The notes under the pieces are model-generated. The model was not told the DNA's origin. It was given only the letters and a program-made list of their open reading frames with translations, and searched no databases. Positions 8,740 through 18,779 of a DNA stretch of 64,000 bases are shown here, in pieces. Position numbers and translations under genes: made by a program. Each line of letters starts with the position of its first letter. The first letter of the stretch is position 1. The stretch comes from Gammaproteobacteria bacterium. GTDB taxonomy: Bacteria; Pseudomonadota; Gammaproteobacteria; Xanthomonadales; SZUA-5. The stretch spans positions 172-64,171 of the forward strand of contig JAUIFV010000004.1 of assembly GCA_030430155.1 (NCBI GenBank), given 5' to 3'.

Positions 8740-11163
8740 ATGGCCCCAAACTCCGCCAAAGATAAAGCGGCCTCCAAACTAGTCACCATCCGGTTGCCGG
8801 ATAGTCGCGCCTTGCTCAGCACCATTCTTGGCGCGCTGCTGATATTGGTGGGCTCGATCTTTTTGCGTCAAGGGTGGGATGCGTGGCGCGCCGATGGCCT
8901 GCGCCAAGGCCTGGCGAGCCAGGCACAGTCGGTCTCCAGCGCCCTGAGCGAGATCATTTCCAGTCATCAGGCCAGCCTGAATCGGGTGGTCTCCGAGCGC
9001 GACTTTCTGCAGACCTTTGCCAGTGAGTCCGATGGCGCGCACGCCGGGTCCCGCCAGCGGCTACAGGCACTGCTGCCGCAGGCCCTGGACGTACGTGTGC
9101 TGGATGCCCCGGTGCTGGACAGCGTCGGCGCTGATCTGGGTCAGTTCGGCTACGCCCGGGTTGAGATGTTGCTGCAATCCGAACGCACTCAAAATGCCGC
9201 CGAGGCGCAGGTCCACCGCGCGGTGGGTAGCGATGAGCTGCGTGTCGTGCTGGTTTCGCCGATTCTGGACAGCGGCCAGGTGGCTGGTCACGCCCTGATC
9301 GAGTTGCCGTACGCGCCGTTGAGCGAGGCGATTGCCGGACAGCGTGGCGCCAGCGGCGGATTGGATTTGGTCCAGGGTACGGTAGTGACGGAGGCGCTGT
9401 TGATTGAACGCCTGGGCAGCGAAAGCGTTGGCTTTGGTGGCAGCGTAGTCAACGTGCCGCGCACCCGGCTCAGCGTGGCCTATGACGTTCGCCCGCCGTT
9501 TGTGCTTTTCGGACCGCAATCGACGACGCTCGCCTTCATCCTTGGGCTGACCGCGCTGTTGGTGGGCCTCTGTCTGGTGGCCTTTCGCGCCAAGCTCAAA
9601 GACGTCATTGAGCGAGCGCGGGAAGGCAAAGTCGAGACCGGCCCGACCCTGGCAGAGAGCCTGGATGGTGAGCCACCCGCAGCGCTTCCGGGCGCTGCTG
9701 CGGCGTCAGAGCCGCCCGCGTCGGAGCAGCCTCCACCGCCGCCTCAACCGGAGCAGAAGGCGGCGCCGGCGGCCAAGAGCAAGGCGATCAGCATCGACCG
9801 AGCGATGTTCCGTGCCTACGATATTCGCGGTGTGGTGAAGAAGTCGCTCACCGAGGACGCTGCGGAGTTGATCGGTCGCGCCATCGGATCGGAGGTGCGT
9901 GATCGCGGCATGGGCGAGGTCGTGGTGGCGCGCGATGGCCGGCTTTCCGGTCCGGCCCTGGTCAGCGCGCTGATCGACGGACTGCGCGCGACCGGCTGCG
10001 ACGTTATCGATATAGGCGCGGTGCCCACACCCGTGCTCTATTTCGCCACCCACGAACTCAACACCGGCTGCGGCGTGATGGTTACCGGCAGCCACAACCC
10101 GCCCGACTACAACGGCTTCAAAATCATGATCGGCGGTGAGACGGTCGCCGAGGAGCGCATCCAGGCCCTCTATGCGCGTATCGCCGAGAGCCGTTTTGTG
10201 GAGGACGTTGCCGGCGGCGTGCAGCAGATCGACGTGGTCGATCGCTACATCGAGCGTATCGCCGGCGATCTGCAGGTGGAATTGCCGCTGAAGATCGTCA
10301 TCGATGCCGGCAACGGCATTGCCGGGGCCATCGCCCCACGTCTGTTTGAAGAAATCGGCTGCGAGGTCACCCCGCTGTACTGCGAGGTGGACGGCAATTT
10401 CCCCAATCACCACCCCGACCCCTCAGATCCGGCAAATCTGCGCGATCTGGGCATGAGTGTGAAGCAGCTGCAGGCTGATCTGGGTATCGCCTTTGATGGC
10501 GACGGTGACCGCCTTGGGGTGATCACGCCGGAGGGCGAAATCGTCTTCGCCGACCGGCTGCTGATGCTGTTTGCCAGCGATGTGCTGACCCGCAATCCCG
10601 GCGCGACCATCATCTACGACGTCAAATGTACCGGTCGGCTGGCGCCGGTGATCCTCACCCACGGCGGCAGTCCGGTGATGTGGAAGACCGGCCATTCGCT
10701 GATCAAGGCGCGCATGCGCGAGTTGGATGCTGCGCTGGCCGGTGAGATGAGTGGCCATTTCTTCTTCAAGGAGCGCTGGTACGGCTTCGATGACGGCCTT
10801 TATGCCGGCTGCCGGCTGTTGGAGATCCTGGCCAGCAGCGGTCAGGAGGCCGACGAGTTGTTCGCCACTCTGCCCAAGGGTGTGAGTACGCCTGAACTGA
10901 AGGTCGTGACCGAAGAGGGCGAACACTATCGCTTCATCACCCGATTTGTGGAAAAGGCGCGGCTGGACGGCGCCCGCATCACCACCATCGACGGCCTGCG
11001 CGCCGACTGGGAAGACGGCTGGGGCCTGGTCCGCGCCTCCAACACCACGCCGTCACTAGTGCTGCGTTTCGATGCCGACAACGAGCACGCCCTGACGCGC
11101 ATCCAAGACGCCTTTCGAGAGCAGATACTGGCCTTGGAGCCGGAGATGAAGCTGCCATTCTAA
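8740..11163 (+). CDS. algC: Phosphomannomutase/phosphoglucomutase, long form with N-terminal membrane/periplasmic extension
   Basis: FRAYDIRG, TGSHNP, FDGDGDR, GEMSGH; ~350 aa N-terminal part with two hydrophobic segments and a Pro/Ala linker. Confidence 0.88.
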   Translation: MAPNSAKDKAASKLVTIRLPDSRALLSTILGALLILVGSIFLRQGWDAWRADGLRQGLASQAQSVSSALSEIISSHQASLNRVVSERDFLQTFASESDGAHAGSRQRLQALLPQALDVRVLDAPVLDSVGADLGQFGYARVEMLLQSERTQNAAEAQVHRAVGSDELRVVLVSPILDSGQVAGHALIELPYAPLSEAIAGQRGASGGLDLVQGTVVTEALLIERLGSESVGFGGSVVNVPRTRLSVAYDVRPPFVLFGPQSTTLAFILGLTALLVGLCLVAFRAKLKDVIERAREGKVETGPTLAESLDGEPPAALPGAAAASEPPASEQPPPPPQPEQKAAPAAKSKAISIDRAMFRAYDIRGVVKKSLTEDAAELIGRAIGSEVRDRGMGEVVVARDGRLSGPALVSALIDGLRATGCDVIDIGAVPTPVLYFATHELNTGCGVMVTGSHNPPDYNGFKIMIGGETVAEERIQALYARIAESRFVEDVAGGVQQIDVVDRYIERIAGDLQVELPLKIVIDAGNGIAGAIAPRLFEEIGCEVTPLYCEVDGNFPNHHPDPSDPANLRDLGMSVKQLQADLGIAFDGDGDRLGVITPEGEIVFADRLLMLFASDVLTRNPGATIIYDVKCTGRLAPVILTHGGSPVMWKTGHSLIKARMRELDAALAGEMSGHFFFKERWYGFDDGLYAGCRLLEILASSGQEADELFATLPKGVSTPELKVVTEEGEHYRFITRFVEKARLDGARITTIDGLRADWEDGWGLVRASNTTPSLVLRFDADNEHALTRIQDAFREQILALEPEMKLPF

Positions 11164-11164
11164 A

Positions 11165-11234
11165 AGGGCACAGGGAACAGGGCACAGGGCCCAGGTGCCG
11201 CGAGCTGGGCCCTGTGCCCTAGGCCCTGGGCCCT
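11165..11234. repeat. Inverted heptamer arrays forming a long hairpin
   Basis: AGGGCAC/AGGGAAC/AGGGCCC units followed by complementary CTGGGCC/CTGTGCC units. Confidence 0.8.
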
Positions 11235-11249
11235 TTCTGTGGAGCACTC

Positions 11250-12068
11250 ATGAGAATAATCACCCTCAACTGCAACGGCCTGCGCTCCTCTGCCAGCAAA
11301 GGTGTCTTCGATTGGCTACAGGCGCAGGATGCGGATGTGGTTTGTCTGCAGGAAACCCGTGCGCATGCCGACCAGCGCGCCAAACACGGCGGCTTTTGCC
11401 TGCCCGGGATGGATGCCTATTTCGAAGACGCGCAGCGGCCGGGCTATAGCGGTGTGGCGCTGTATGCGCGGCGCCGCCCCGACGAGTTGGTGCGCGGTAT
11501 CGGGATCGATGCCTTTGATCAGGAAGGGCGGTGGCTGGAAGCGCGCTGGGGCGAGCTATCGGTGGTCTCGCTGTATCTGCCTTCGGGCTCGTCGGGCGAG
11601 GAGCGGCAGCAGTTCAAGTTCACCACCCTGGACTGGCTGGAGGCGCACCTGACGCAGCTGATCGCCAGCGGCCGGCAGGTTGTGGTCTGCGGCGACATCA
11701 ACATCGCCCATCGCGAGATCGACCTGAAGAATTGGCGCTCCAATCGCAAGAATTCGGGCTTCCTGCCGGAAGAGCGGGCGTGGATGGATCAGCTGCTGGA
11801 CGAGCACTGGCGCGACAGCTTCCGGCTGCTGCATCCCGATCGCGCCGAGTACACCTGGTGGAGCAATCGAGGTCGGGCCTGGGACAACAACGTTGGTTGG
11901 CGCATCGACTATCAGCTGGTCAGCGACAATCTGGCCGACAAGGTGGCTAGCGCCAGCATCTATCGGCAGCAACGCTTCTCCGACCACGCCCCTTACACCG
12001 TTGATTTCAGCCTGCCACGGCTGCGCCGGCGTCAGGCCGGGGTGGCCGGCGAACGAGCGTCGGAGTAG
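11250..12068 (+). CDS. xth: Exodeoxyribonuclease III / AP endonuclease
   Basis: N.NG.R, CLQET, GYSGVA, CGDINIAH, WRIDY, SDHAP catalytic motifs intact. Confidence 0.9.
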   Translation: MRIITLNCNGLRSSASKGVFDWLQAQDADVVCLQETRAHADQRAKHGGFCLPGMDAYFEDAQRPGYSGVALYARRRPDELVRGIGIDAFDQEGRWLEARWGELSVVSLYLPSGSSGEERQQFKFTTLDWLEAHLTQLIASGRQVVVCGDINIAHREIDLKNWRSNRKNSGFLPEERAWMDQLLDEHWRDSFRLLHPDRAEYTWWSNRGRAWDNNVGWRIDYQLVSDNLADKVASASIYRQQRFSDHAPYTVDFSLPRLRRRQAGVAGERASE

Positions 12069-12078
12069 CCGTCGACCA

Positions 12079-13440
12079 TCACCCGTTGGCTTTTTCCTGT
12101 GCTTGCTCGGTGGCTTCGGTTTTGCGCGCCGGATCGGCATAGCCGGCCTTGACCATGTAGGCGAACAGCCCCAGGCCGGGCAGGGCGACGAGGGTGGTGA
12201 GCAGATAGAAGTTCACGTAACCCAGGCCTTCGATCAGCGCCCCGGTGGTGGTGCCGGACAGAAAGCGTCCGAGCACGCTGGCGCCAGCGGAGATCAGCGC
12301 GTACTGGCTGGCAGTAAAGCGCAGGTCGCATAGCGCCGAGAAGTAGGCCACCACGGTGACCCCGCCGATACCGCTGGCAAAGTTCTCAAAGCAGATGGCG
12401 CTGGCCATCAGCGCGTTGGAATCTTCGCCAACCGCGGCCAGACCGGCAAAGCTCAGATTCGACACCGCCATCAGGAACAGGCTGAGCAGCACCGAGCGCT
12501 GCATGCCCATCTTGGTGTACAGCGCGCCGCCGGCGAAGATCCCGATCAGGAAGGCCCAGAAGCCAAAGCCGACGTCGTACAGGGCGATGTCATCGTTGCT
12601 GTAGCCCAGATCGTTGAACAGCAGGCGCAAGCTGAGGTTGGCCAGGGTGTCGCCGATCTTGTGAACCAGGATGAAGATCAGGATCAGCCAGGCGCCGCGG
12701 CGTCTAAAGAACTCGCTCAACGGTTCGATCACTCCGGCCACACGTTCGGCCATGTTCTTCGCGGCGGCCACAATCTGGTGGCGCTCCGGTTCGCCCATCA
12801 GCAGCGCGGTGAGCATTGCCGGCAGGGCAAAGGCGGCGCAAATCAGATAGCCGACCGTCCAGCCATGGCGGCCGGCGACCACCAGCGCCAGTGCCCCGGC
12901 GGCGGCCGAGCCGATGCGCCAGCCGTACTGCGACATACCCGATCCCACACCGAGCTGCTCGGGTTTGAGCAGTTCGATGCGGTAGGCGTCAATGACGATG
13001 TCGAAGGTAGCGCCGGCAACGCCCACGCAGATCGCCGCCAGCGCGGTCAGCAACAGCGCCTCGCTGGGGTCGACGCTGGCCAAAAAAGCCACCGCGGCAA
13101 TCACCAGCGCGCCGCTGAACAGCATCCACGAGACCCGCTGCCCTAGCCGCCCGAGCAGCGGCAGACGTACCCCATCCACCACCCAGGCCCACAGGAATTT
13201 CAGGTTGTAGACCAGGAAGGCGAGGGAAAACTGGGTGACCGCGCGCTTGTCGATGCCGTCCTGGGCCAGTCTGGTGGTCAGGGTGGCGCCGATCATGGCG
13301 TAGGGAAAGCCTGAGGAAATACCCAGGAACAGCGCCGCCAGCGGTGCCGACTCCAAATAGGGTCGCAGCACCGCAGGGCAGCGCGCGCGCATGCCTGCGA
13401 GCATGGATGCGCCCGCTGGGCGCGCCGACTCAGTGCTCAT
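12079..13440 (-). CDS. ampG: AmpG family muropeptide MFS permease
   Basis: LGISSGFP, LKFLWA..VD, ATFDIVIDAYRIE, TASQYAL; about 12 TMs. Confidence 0.88.
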   Translation of the reverse strand: MSTESARPAGASMLAGMRARCPAVLRPYLESAPLAALFLGISSGFPYAMIGATLTTRLAQDGIDKRAVTQFSLAFLVYNLKFLWAWVVDGVRLPLLGRLGQRVSWMLFSGALVIAAVAFLASVDPSEALLLTALAAICVGVAGATFDIVIDAYRIELLKPEQLGVGSGMSQYGWRIGSAAAGALALVVAGRHGWTVGYLICAAFALPAMLTALLMGEPERHQIVAAAKNMAERVAGVIEPLSEFFRRRGAWLILIFILVHKIGDTLANLSLRLLFNDLGYSNDDIALYDVGFGFWAFLIGIFAGGALYTKMGMQRSVLLSLFLMAVSNLSFAGLAAVGEDSNALMASAICFENFASGIGGVTVVAYFSALCDLRFTASQYALISAGASVLGRFLSGTTTGALIEGLGYVNFYLLTTLVALPGLGLFAYMVKAGYADPARKTEATEQAQEKANG

Positions 13441-13632
13441 CTGGAGCCGAATCCCACAGCTGGCTTGTACGCAGTACTGATGGACTTTTCCCGAGGCAAG
13501 GCGCGATGCGGAGTCATGCTGGTCCCAAGGCGACGACCGGCATCACCGGATCAGAGCAAAGACGCGATGTGAATCGCTGACCTGTGGGACTCACGGACCG
13601 TGCAAGTCTGGCACAGCCGGGGTGCTTTGGCG

Positions 13633-14370
13633 CTACCAGATTGAGGCAATCTGCTGACCGCTGCCGGCCGCCGCCTCGCGCCACAGCGTCTCCACCGCGG
13701 CGATGCTCTGTTGATCCTCGGCAATCATCACCAGCATGCCCGGACCCAGAGCGATGGTCTTACCAAAGGTCTTTCCCCGGCTGAATTCGCCCACCGCCTG
13801 CAGATTGGCCTCGGGGAAATAGATCAGTGATACCGGTCCGCCAGGTTGTTGGATGACCATGTGCACAGTCTTCTGCCCGTCCACCGGGCAGCGGCTGGCG
13901 TAGTTCACCGGCACCGGCCGCTGCAAGCGCAGCCCCGCATCGGCAAGCATGCTGTCAATGGTCTCAGCGGCAACCTCGCTGGTGCGCAGCAAGGCGAAGG
14001 GCTCATGACTGAGATGCGCCATGGAAATCGTCCCCAGTCGCTTGGTCGCTGGCGACGGCTCCTGCTGCAGAGTCAGCGAGGCTACACCGACCAGCAGCAG
14101 CAGCGATGCAGCCACGGCCAGCCAAGGTCCACGGGTGAACCAGGGGCGCCCTTTGCTCTGCTGCGCTGCCGGGATTGCCGCCAGACGCTGCTGCAGCTGA
14201 TCCGGGAGCGGCACCGCCAGCGCGGCACTCAAGGCCTGCTCGAAGGCCTGCGCCTGACGCAGCTGATCCTGAGCTCCGCCGCCCAGCGCCATGGCTTCGC
14301 GTTTGAGTGCCGGATCGCCAGGGTCGGCGCCGAGGCGTAGACGGAAGCTGCGCGCGTCGATGTCGCTCAT
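13633..14370 (-). CDS. Putative anti-sigma factor (DUF3379-like)
   Basis: Coupled to ECF sigma by ATGA overlap; single TM (LAVAASLLL) then a periplasmic domain. Confidence 0.65.
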   Translation of the reverse strand: MSDIDARSFRLRLGADPGDPALKREAMALGGGAQDQLRQAQAFEQALSAALAVPLPDQLQQRLAAIPAAQQSKGRPWFTRGPWLAVAASLLLLVGVASLTLQQEPSPATKRLGTISMAHLSHEPFALLRTSEVAAETIDSMLADAGLRLQRPVPVNYASRCPVDGQKTVHMVIQQPGGPVSLIYFPEANLQAVGEFSRGKTFGKTIALGPGMLVMIAEDQQSIAAVETLWREAAAGSGQQIASIW

Positions 14371-14876
14371 CGCTGGCCCTCCGCTATCGTCTCGCTGGGT
14401 TCCAACAGTTCGCGCAGCTTCTGTCGGGCTCGGAACAACTGGGTCATCACGGCGCTCTCACTGATCTCCAGGGACTGCGCAATCTCCTTGCAGCTCATCC
14501 CCATCACCACCTGCATGACCAGGGGCTCACGGTATTTTTCGGGTAACTCGGCCATCGCCGCGCGGACCAGATGCACGTCCATCTGCGCATCGGCACTCAG
14601 ATTCAACTCGTCTTCCACCGGCACTTCGTCGATATCTTCGGTGGGCAGGCGCTTGCGCTCGAATAGCCGCGCATGTTCGCGGCGCACGATGGTAATCAGC
14701 CAGGCCTTAACCGCGGCCACCTCGCGCAGCTGGGCGATCGAGCGCCAGGCGCGCAGGAAGGTTTCCTGAACCAGATCGCTGGCGACCGCTTCATCGCGGC
14801 ATAACCAGTATGCGTAGCGGTAGATTTCGGTGGAGTAGGTCTTCACGAGCTCCTCGAAGCTCTCTTGTGGGTCCAC
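14367..14876 (-). CDS. ECF RNA polymerase sigma factor
   Basis: DLVQETFLRAW, AWLITI.RRE, region 4 EIAQSL...VMTQLFRAR; GTG start after GGAGG. Confidence 0.9.
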   Translation of the reverse strand: MDPQESFEELVKTYSTEIYRYAYWLCRDEAVASDLVQETFLRAWRSIAQLREVAAVKAWLITIVRREHARLFERKRLPTEDIDEVPVEDELNLSADAQMDVHLVRAAMAELPEKYREPLVMQVVMGMSCKEIAQSLEISESAVMTQLFRARQKLRELLEPSETIAEGQR

Positions 14877-15040
14877 TGTTAAGACCTCCCCAGTGCGGGT
14901 TTGCTTTCGCTCCCAACCACGCGTGTACTCGACGACCATAGCAGTCGCCAAGTTTCGCACGGCTATCGCCGCCGTCGACAGCGCCCTGCGTCAAAGCGGG
15001 CGGCATTGACGATCAACACGGCCGGAGTCCCAAGCGCTGG

Positions 15041-15067
15041 GAACTTTGAACGATTCCTTCACTCCAA
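15041..15067 (+). promoter_or_regulatory. sigmaE/AlgU-type promoter
   Basis: GAACTT-N16-TCCAA, matching the RpoE consensus, ~85 bp upstream of the 15152 start. Confidence 0.6.
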
Positions 15068-15151
15068 GTGAACAATTGCCAAACAGACGCTTGGGTGAGT
15101 ACCCGTCTGGCGTCTGCACTCGGTCTGTATCGTTCATCGGAGCCTTTTTCG

Positions 15152-17284
15152 ATGGTGAGCCTGCGTTCGCCACGGGTGCCCGTGCGCCCGATTTTCAGCC
15201 TCGCCGGCCTTGCTGCAGGGGCCGTCGCCCTGGCCGTGGCCTTGCCGGCCAGCTCCGTGCTGGGAGAGGTCCGCTGGGAGCGCGTCTGGGAGCTGGGCGG
15301 ATGGCTGGTAGCGCTGCTCGGTTTCGGGTTGCTGTGTGCTCGCCTGCTGCGAGCCGATCCGGCGCGGGCGCTGTTGTGCCTGATTCTGCCACTGGCCCTG
15401 CTGCTGTACGGGCCGCGGGCCTGCTTGGCCGTCGCCCTGATCGCGCTGCTGGCGGCCAGCCTGGGCGGTCGGTTGGGCGTCGAGGTCAGGACTCGGCCGG
15501 GATTGGCCAGCATTGTCGGCTTGGCCGTGATCAGCGCGGTCGCGGGCTGGCTGCAGGGGGCCAAGGGCATCGATCCGGGGCCGCTGCTGCTGATCCTGCT
15601 GGTTGCGCAATGGCTGCTCCGCGGGCAGCTCGGCGAGGTGTACGCCGGCTACCTCAACGCCGCGCGATCGGTACGCGTCGGCGGCCGGATCGGACTCCTG
15701 CCCCTGGCGCTGCTGATCGCCGCGCTGCTGGTCAGCGGCCATCCCACCCTGCACTTCGACGATCTGGCCTATCACGCCGCGCTGCCCACCCAGCTGCTCG
15801 AGCTGGGCTACAACCGGCTGGATGCACGGAGCCAGATCTGGGCCTTGGCGCCCTGGTCCGGCGATGTGCTGCAGGCTCTGGCGGCGGTGCTCGCCGGTGC
15901 CGATGCGCGAGGTGCGCTGAACGGACTATGGTGGCTGCTGCTGGCGCTGGCTGTAGTGGAGGTGCTGCCGCGCATGTCCGATAGCGCCGCGCAGGCCGAG
16001 CATGACGCTGGCCGTGGCGTCCAGATCGCGCTGCTGCTCATCGCCAGCCTGCCGATGAGCTGGATGCTGCTGGCCGGGATGCAAACCGAATTGCCTACTG
16101 CGGCGGTATTGCTCGCCCTGCTTGGCCTGCTGCAGTCGCCTGCCGGAGATGCCGCTCAGAGCAGACGCCAGGCCGTCTTGTTGGGCGTGCTGGTCGGATT
16201 GCTGTTGGGTCTGAAGGTCAGCAATGTGGTCTTTGTAGCGGCGTTGGCGGTCGCAGCCCTGATTAGCGCGCCGCGGCGAACGCTGCTGGCGCTGCCGATT
16301 GCGGTGCCGGTCGCGGCGCTGATCGGCGGCTCCAGCTACGTCTACGCCTGGTGGATCAGCGGCAATCCGCTACTGCCGCTGTTCAACAGCTGGTTTGGCT
16401 CGACGCTGGTGGGGCCGGAGGATCTGGTCGATCTGCGCTATCGCGCTGGTCTGGACTTCAGCGACTTCCACGGTGCGCTGTTTGACAGCTCGCGATATCT
16501 GGAGAGCTGGGACGGCGTGGCCGGGTTTCAGTGGTTGCTCCTGGCCACCTTCCTGCCGTTGGGATTGACCAAGCATAAGCGCTCTGAGCCAGGCGCGCAG
16601 AGGCAGTGGCTGGCGCTGCCGTGGTGCTGCGTCGCGGTGCTTGCCGGCGCGCTGCTGCTGTTCGCGCAGATGCAGTATCTGCGCTATCTGTATCCGGCCA
16701 TGGTGGTCGGCAGCATCGCCATCGCCATTGGCCTGCAGCGCTGCCTTGCCACGGCTGCAGCGCGTTGGCAGCTTCGCGCAGCGCTGCACACAGCGCTGGC
16801 GTCGTGCATTGCGCTGAATCTTTGCGCGATAGGCAGCGTGCACTGGCAGCTGCGCGAGGGACTGACGCCGCGCGGGCTGTGGAGTGAGCGCGCCGAGCAG
16901 GACTGGATCAACAACGTCGCGCCTGAGCTGGCTCTGGTGCGGAACGCGCGGGAATTGGACGGGCAGGCCAATCTGCTGCTGGCCGATCCCGATCATCCCT
17001 ACATCGCCAGCGGCGCCGGCCGCAGCTACACCACTGCCTGGTATGACCCGCAGCTGCAGGCCCTGGCCGCGCGCTGCAACGCCCAAGTCAGCGGTGCGTG
17101 CTGGCGCAGTGAACTGGTTGCTCACGGCTTCGGGTGGGTGATCACCCGTCAGCAAGGCGCAACCCCGCTCACCGCGGCACTCGATGGCTGGGCGCAGCTC
17201 GCTGGCGAGCAGGGGTCGGCGCGTCTGTTCCGCCTGCCCGAGATGGCTGGCGGGCGTGATTTGTACAGCGAGCGCGGCCGATGA
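15152..17284 (+). CDS. Polytopic membrane protein, putative GT-C (GtrC-like) glycosyltransferase
   Basis: Many TMs, DDLAYH loop motif, GNPLLP, RYLYP; coupled to GtrA and GT2 genes. Confidence 0.6.
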   Translation: MVSLRSPRVPVRPIFSLAGLAAGAVALAVALPASSVLGEVRWERVWELGGWLVALLGFGLLCARLLRADPARALLCLILPLALLLYGPRACLAVALIALLAASLGGRLGVEVRTRPGLASIVGLAVISAVAGWLQGAKGIDPGPLLLILLVAQWLLRGQLGEVYAGYLNAARSVRVGGRIGLLPLALLIAALLVSGHPTLHFDDLAYHAALPTQLLELGYNRLDARSQIWALAPWSGDVLQALAAVLAGADARGALNGLWWLLLALAVVEVLPRMSDSAAQAEHDAGRGVQIALLLIASLPMSWMLLAGMQTELPTAAVLLALLGLLQSPAGDAAQSRRQAVLLGVLVGLLLGLKVSNVVFVAALAVAALISAPRRTLLALPIAVPVAALIGGSSYVYAWWISGNPLLPLFNSWFGSTLVGPEDLVDLRYRAGLDFSDFHGALFDSSRYLESWDGVAGFQWLLLATFLPLGLTKHKRSEPGAQRQWLALPWCCVAVLAGALLLFAQMQYLRYLYPAMVVGSIAIAIGLQRCLATAAARWQLRAALHTALASCIALNLCAIGSVHWQLREGLTPRGLWSERAEQDWINNVAPELALVRNARELDGQANLLLADPDHPYIASGAGRSYTTAWYDPQLQALAARCNAQVSGACWRSELVAHGFGWVITRQQGATPLTAALDGWAQLAGEQGSARLFRLPEMAGGRDLYSERGR

Positions 17285-17667
17285 GCGCGGTGTTGGCCCA
17301 GGGCGGACGCTTTGTGATGGTCGGCGTGGCGCTGCTGATCATCGACGCCGGCATCTACGCCGTCGCCATCGTCGCCGGGATGGACAACGCGGTGGCCAAT
17401 CCGCTCAGCCGAGCACTGGCTGCTGCCCTCGGTTACGCCGCCCATGGGCGTTTCACTTTCGGCGCAGACGGCACCGCGCCCGAGGCGCCGTCGCTGCTGC
17501 GCTACGTGCTGGCCTGGATCGCTCTGACCGCGCTTTCCACGCTGGCGCTGGGCTCGATCAGCGCCGCCCTGTCGCCGGCCGCCGCGGTGCTGGCCAAACC
17601 GCTGCTCGAAGCCGCTCTGGCGCTGATCAGCTTCCTCCTACTCAAAGCCTGGGTCTACCAACGATGA
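17281..17667 (+). CDS. GtrA family flippase-like protein
   Basis: 128 aa with 4 TMs; RFVMVG start, FTF motif, WVY end. Confidence 0.8.
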   Translation: MSAVLAQGGRFVMVGVALLIIDAGIYAVAIVAGMDNAVANPLSRALAAALGYAAHGRFTFGADGTAPEAPSLLRYVLAWIALTALSTLALGSISAALSPAAAVLAKPLLEAALALISFLLLKAWVYQR

Positions 17668-18716
17668 ATGTGAACGCCCACAGTGAAGAACACGCCGTGG
17701 CGGCGACGCCCGGTGCCGAGGCGCAGATCGCCGTGGTCATACCGTGCTATCGCGCCGGCGAACTGGTACTGCCGGTGATTGCGAGGATCGGCCCGGAGGT
17801 GGGCTGGATCGTGGTTGTGGACGACGCCTGTCCGCTGCATACAGCCGATCTGGTCGAACAGCGGGTCCGCGACCCCAGGGTGCGCATCGTTCGTCACGCT
17901 CAGAACCAGGGGGTAGGCGGGGCGGTGGTCAGCGGCTACAAGGCGGCGCTGCGCACCCCGGCGCAGGTGGTGGTCAAACTCGATAGCGACGGTCAGATGG
18001 ATCCGGCGCTGATCCCGCGACTGGCTCGGTCGGTGCTGGCCGGGCAGGCCGATTACAGCAAAGGCAACCGCTTCTTCCAGGTCGCCGACGTGCGCAACAT
18101 GCCCAGCCTGCGTTTGCTCGGAAACGCCGCGCTTTCTCTGCTGAGCAAGCTCTCCAGCGGCTATTGGCAGCTGTTTGACCCCACCAACGGTTTTACCGCG
18201 TTACACCGCCGCACCCTGGCCGCGCTGCCGCTGGATCATCTGGCGCCACGCTATTTCTTCGAGTCGGATCTGCTGTTTCGCCTCGGTCAGCTGCGCGCGG
18301 TGGTGCGCGAGCTGCCGATGCGCGCGGTCTACGCCGGCGAGCCTTCCAGCCTCAGTCCGCTGCGACAGATTCGGCCCTTCCTGCGCGGTCACGCGCTGAA
18401 CTTCTGCAAGCGCCTGACCTACGACTACCTGCTGCGCGGCTTCTCGGTCGCCTCCATCCAGCTGCTGCTCGGTCTGGCCTTGGTCGGCGGCGGCGGAATG
18501 TTCGGTCTGCTGCAGTGGCTGGAACATGCCCGCCAGGGCGTCACCGCCAGCGCCGGTACGGTGATGCTGGCGGCGCTGCCGGTGCTGGTCGGCGTGCAGT
18601 GCCTGCTGGCCTGGCTGGCCCACGACATGGCCAATGACCCGCGTACGCCCTACTGCCAGAATGCGGCGGAGACGGAGGCCTCGGCGTCGCTGGTTGATGT
18701 GTCTGAAGGGGCCTGA
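17664..18716 (+). CDS. Glycosyltransferase family 2 (polyprenol-phosphate glycosyltransferase, GtrB/DPM-like)
   Basis: VVIPCY, VVVDDAC, NQGVGGA, DSDGQMDP, DPTNGF; two C-terminal TMs; ATGA overlap. Confidence 0.88.
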   Translation: MNVNAHSEEHAVAATPGAEAQIAVVIPCYRAGELVLPVIARIGPEVGWIVVVDDACPLHTADLVEQRVRDPRVRIVRHAQNQGVGGAVVSGYKAALRTPAQVVVKLDSDGQMDPALIPRLARSVLAGQADYSKGNRFFQVADVRNMPSLRLLGNAALSLLSKLSSGYWQLFDPTNGFTALHRRTLAALPLDHLAPRYFFESDLLFRLGQLRAVVRELPMRAVYAGEPSSLSPLRQIRPFLRGHALNFCKRLTYDYLLRGFSVASIQLLLGLALVGGGGMFGLLQWLEHARQGVTASAGTVMLAALPVLVGVQCLLAWLAHDMANDPRTPYCQNAAETEASASLVDVSEGA

Positions 18717-18718
18717 TC

Positions 18719-18779
18719 CTAGGAGTCTGCGCGGTAGAAGGGTTGCAGCCCCGACCGCTTCTGCCGCGCAGACTCCTAG
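18719..18779. repeat. 61 bp inverted repeat bounded by CTAG (mini-MITE or terminator)
   Basis: CTAGGAGTCTGCGCGGTAGAAG ... CTTCTGCCGCGCAGACTCCTAG. Confidence 0.7.

Noticed and set aside
11250-12068. Crc catabolite repression protein
   Set aside because: Nuclease catalytic motifs are all intact, favouring an active exonuclease III
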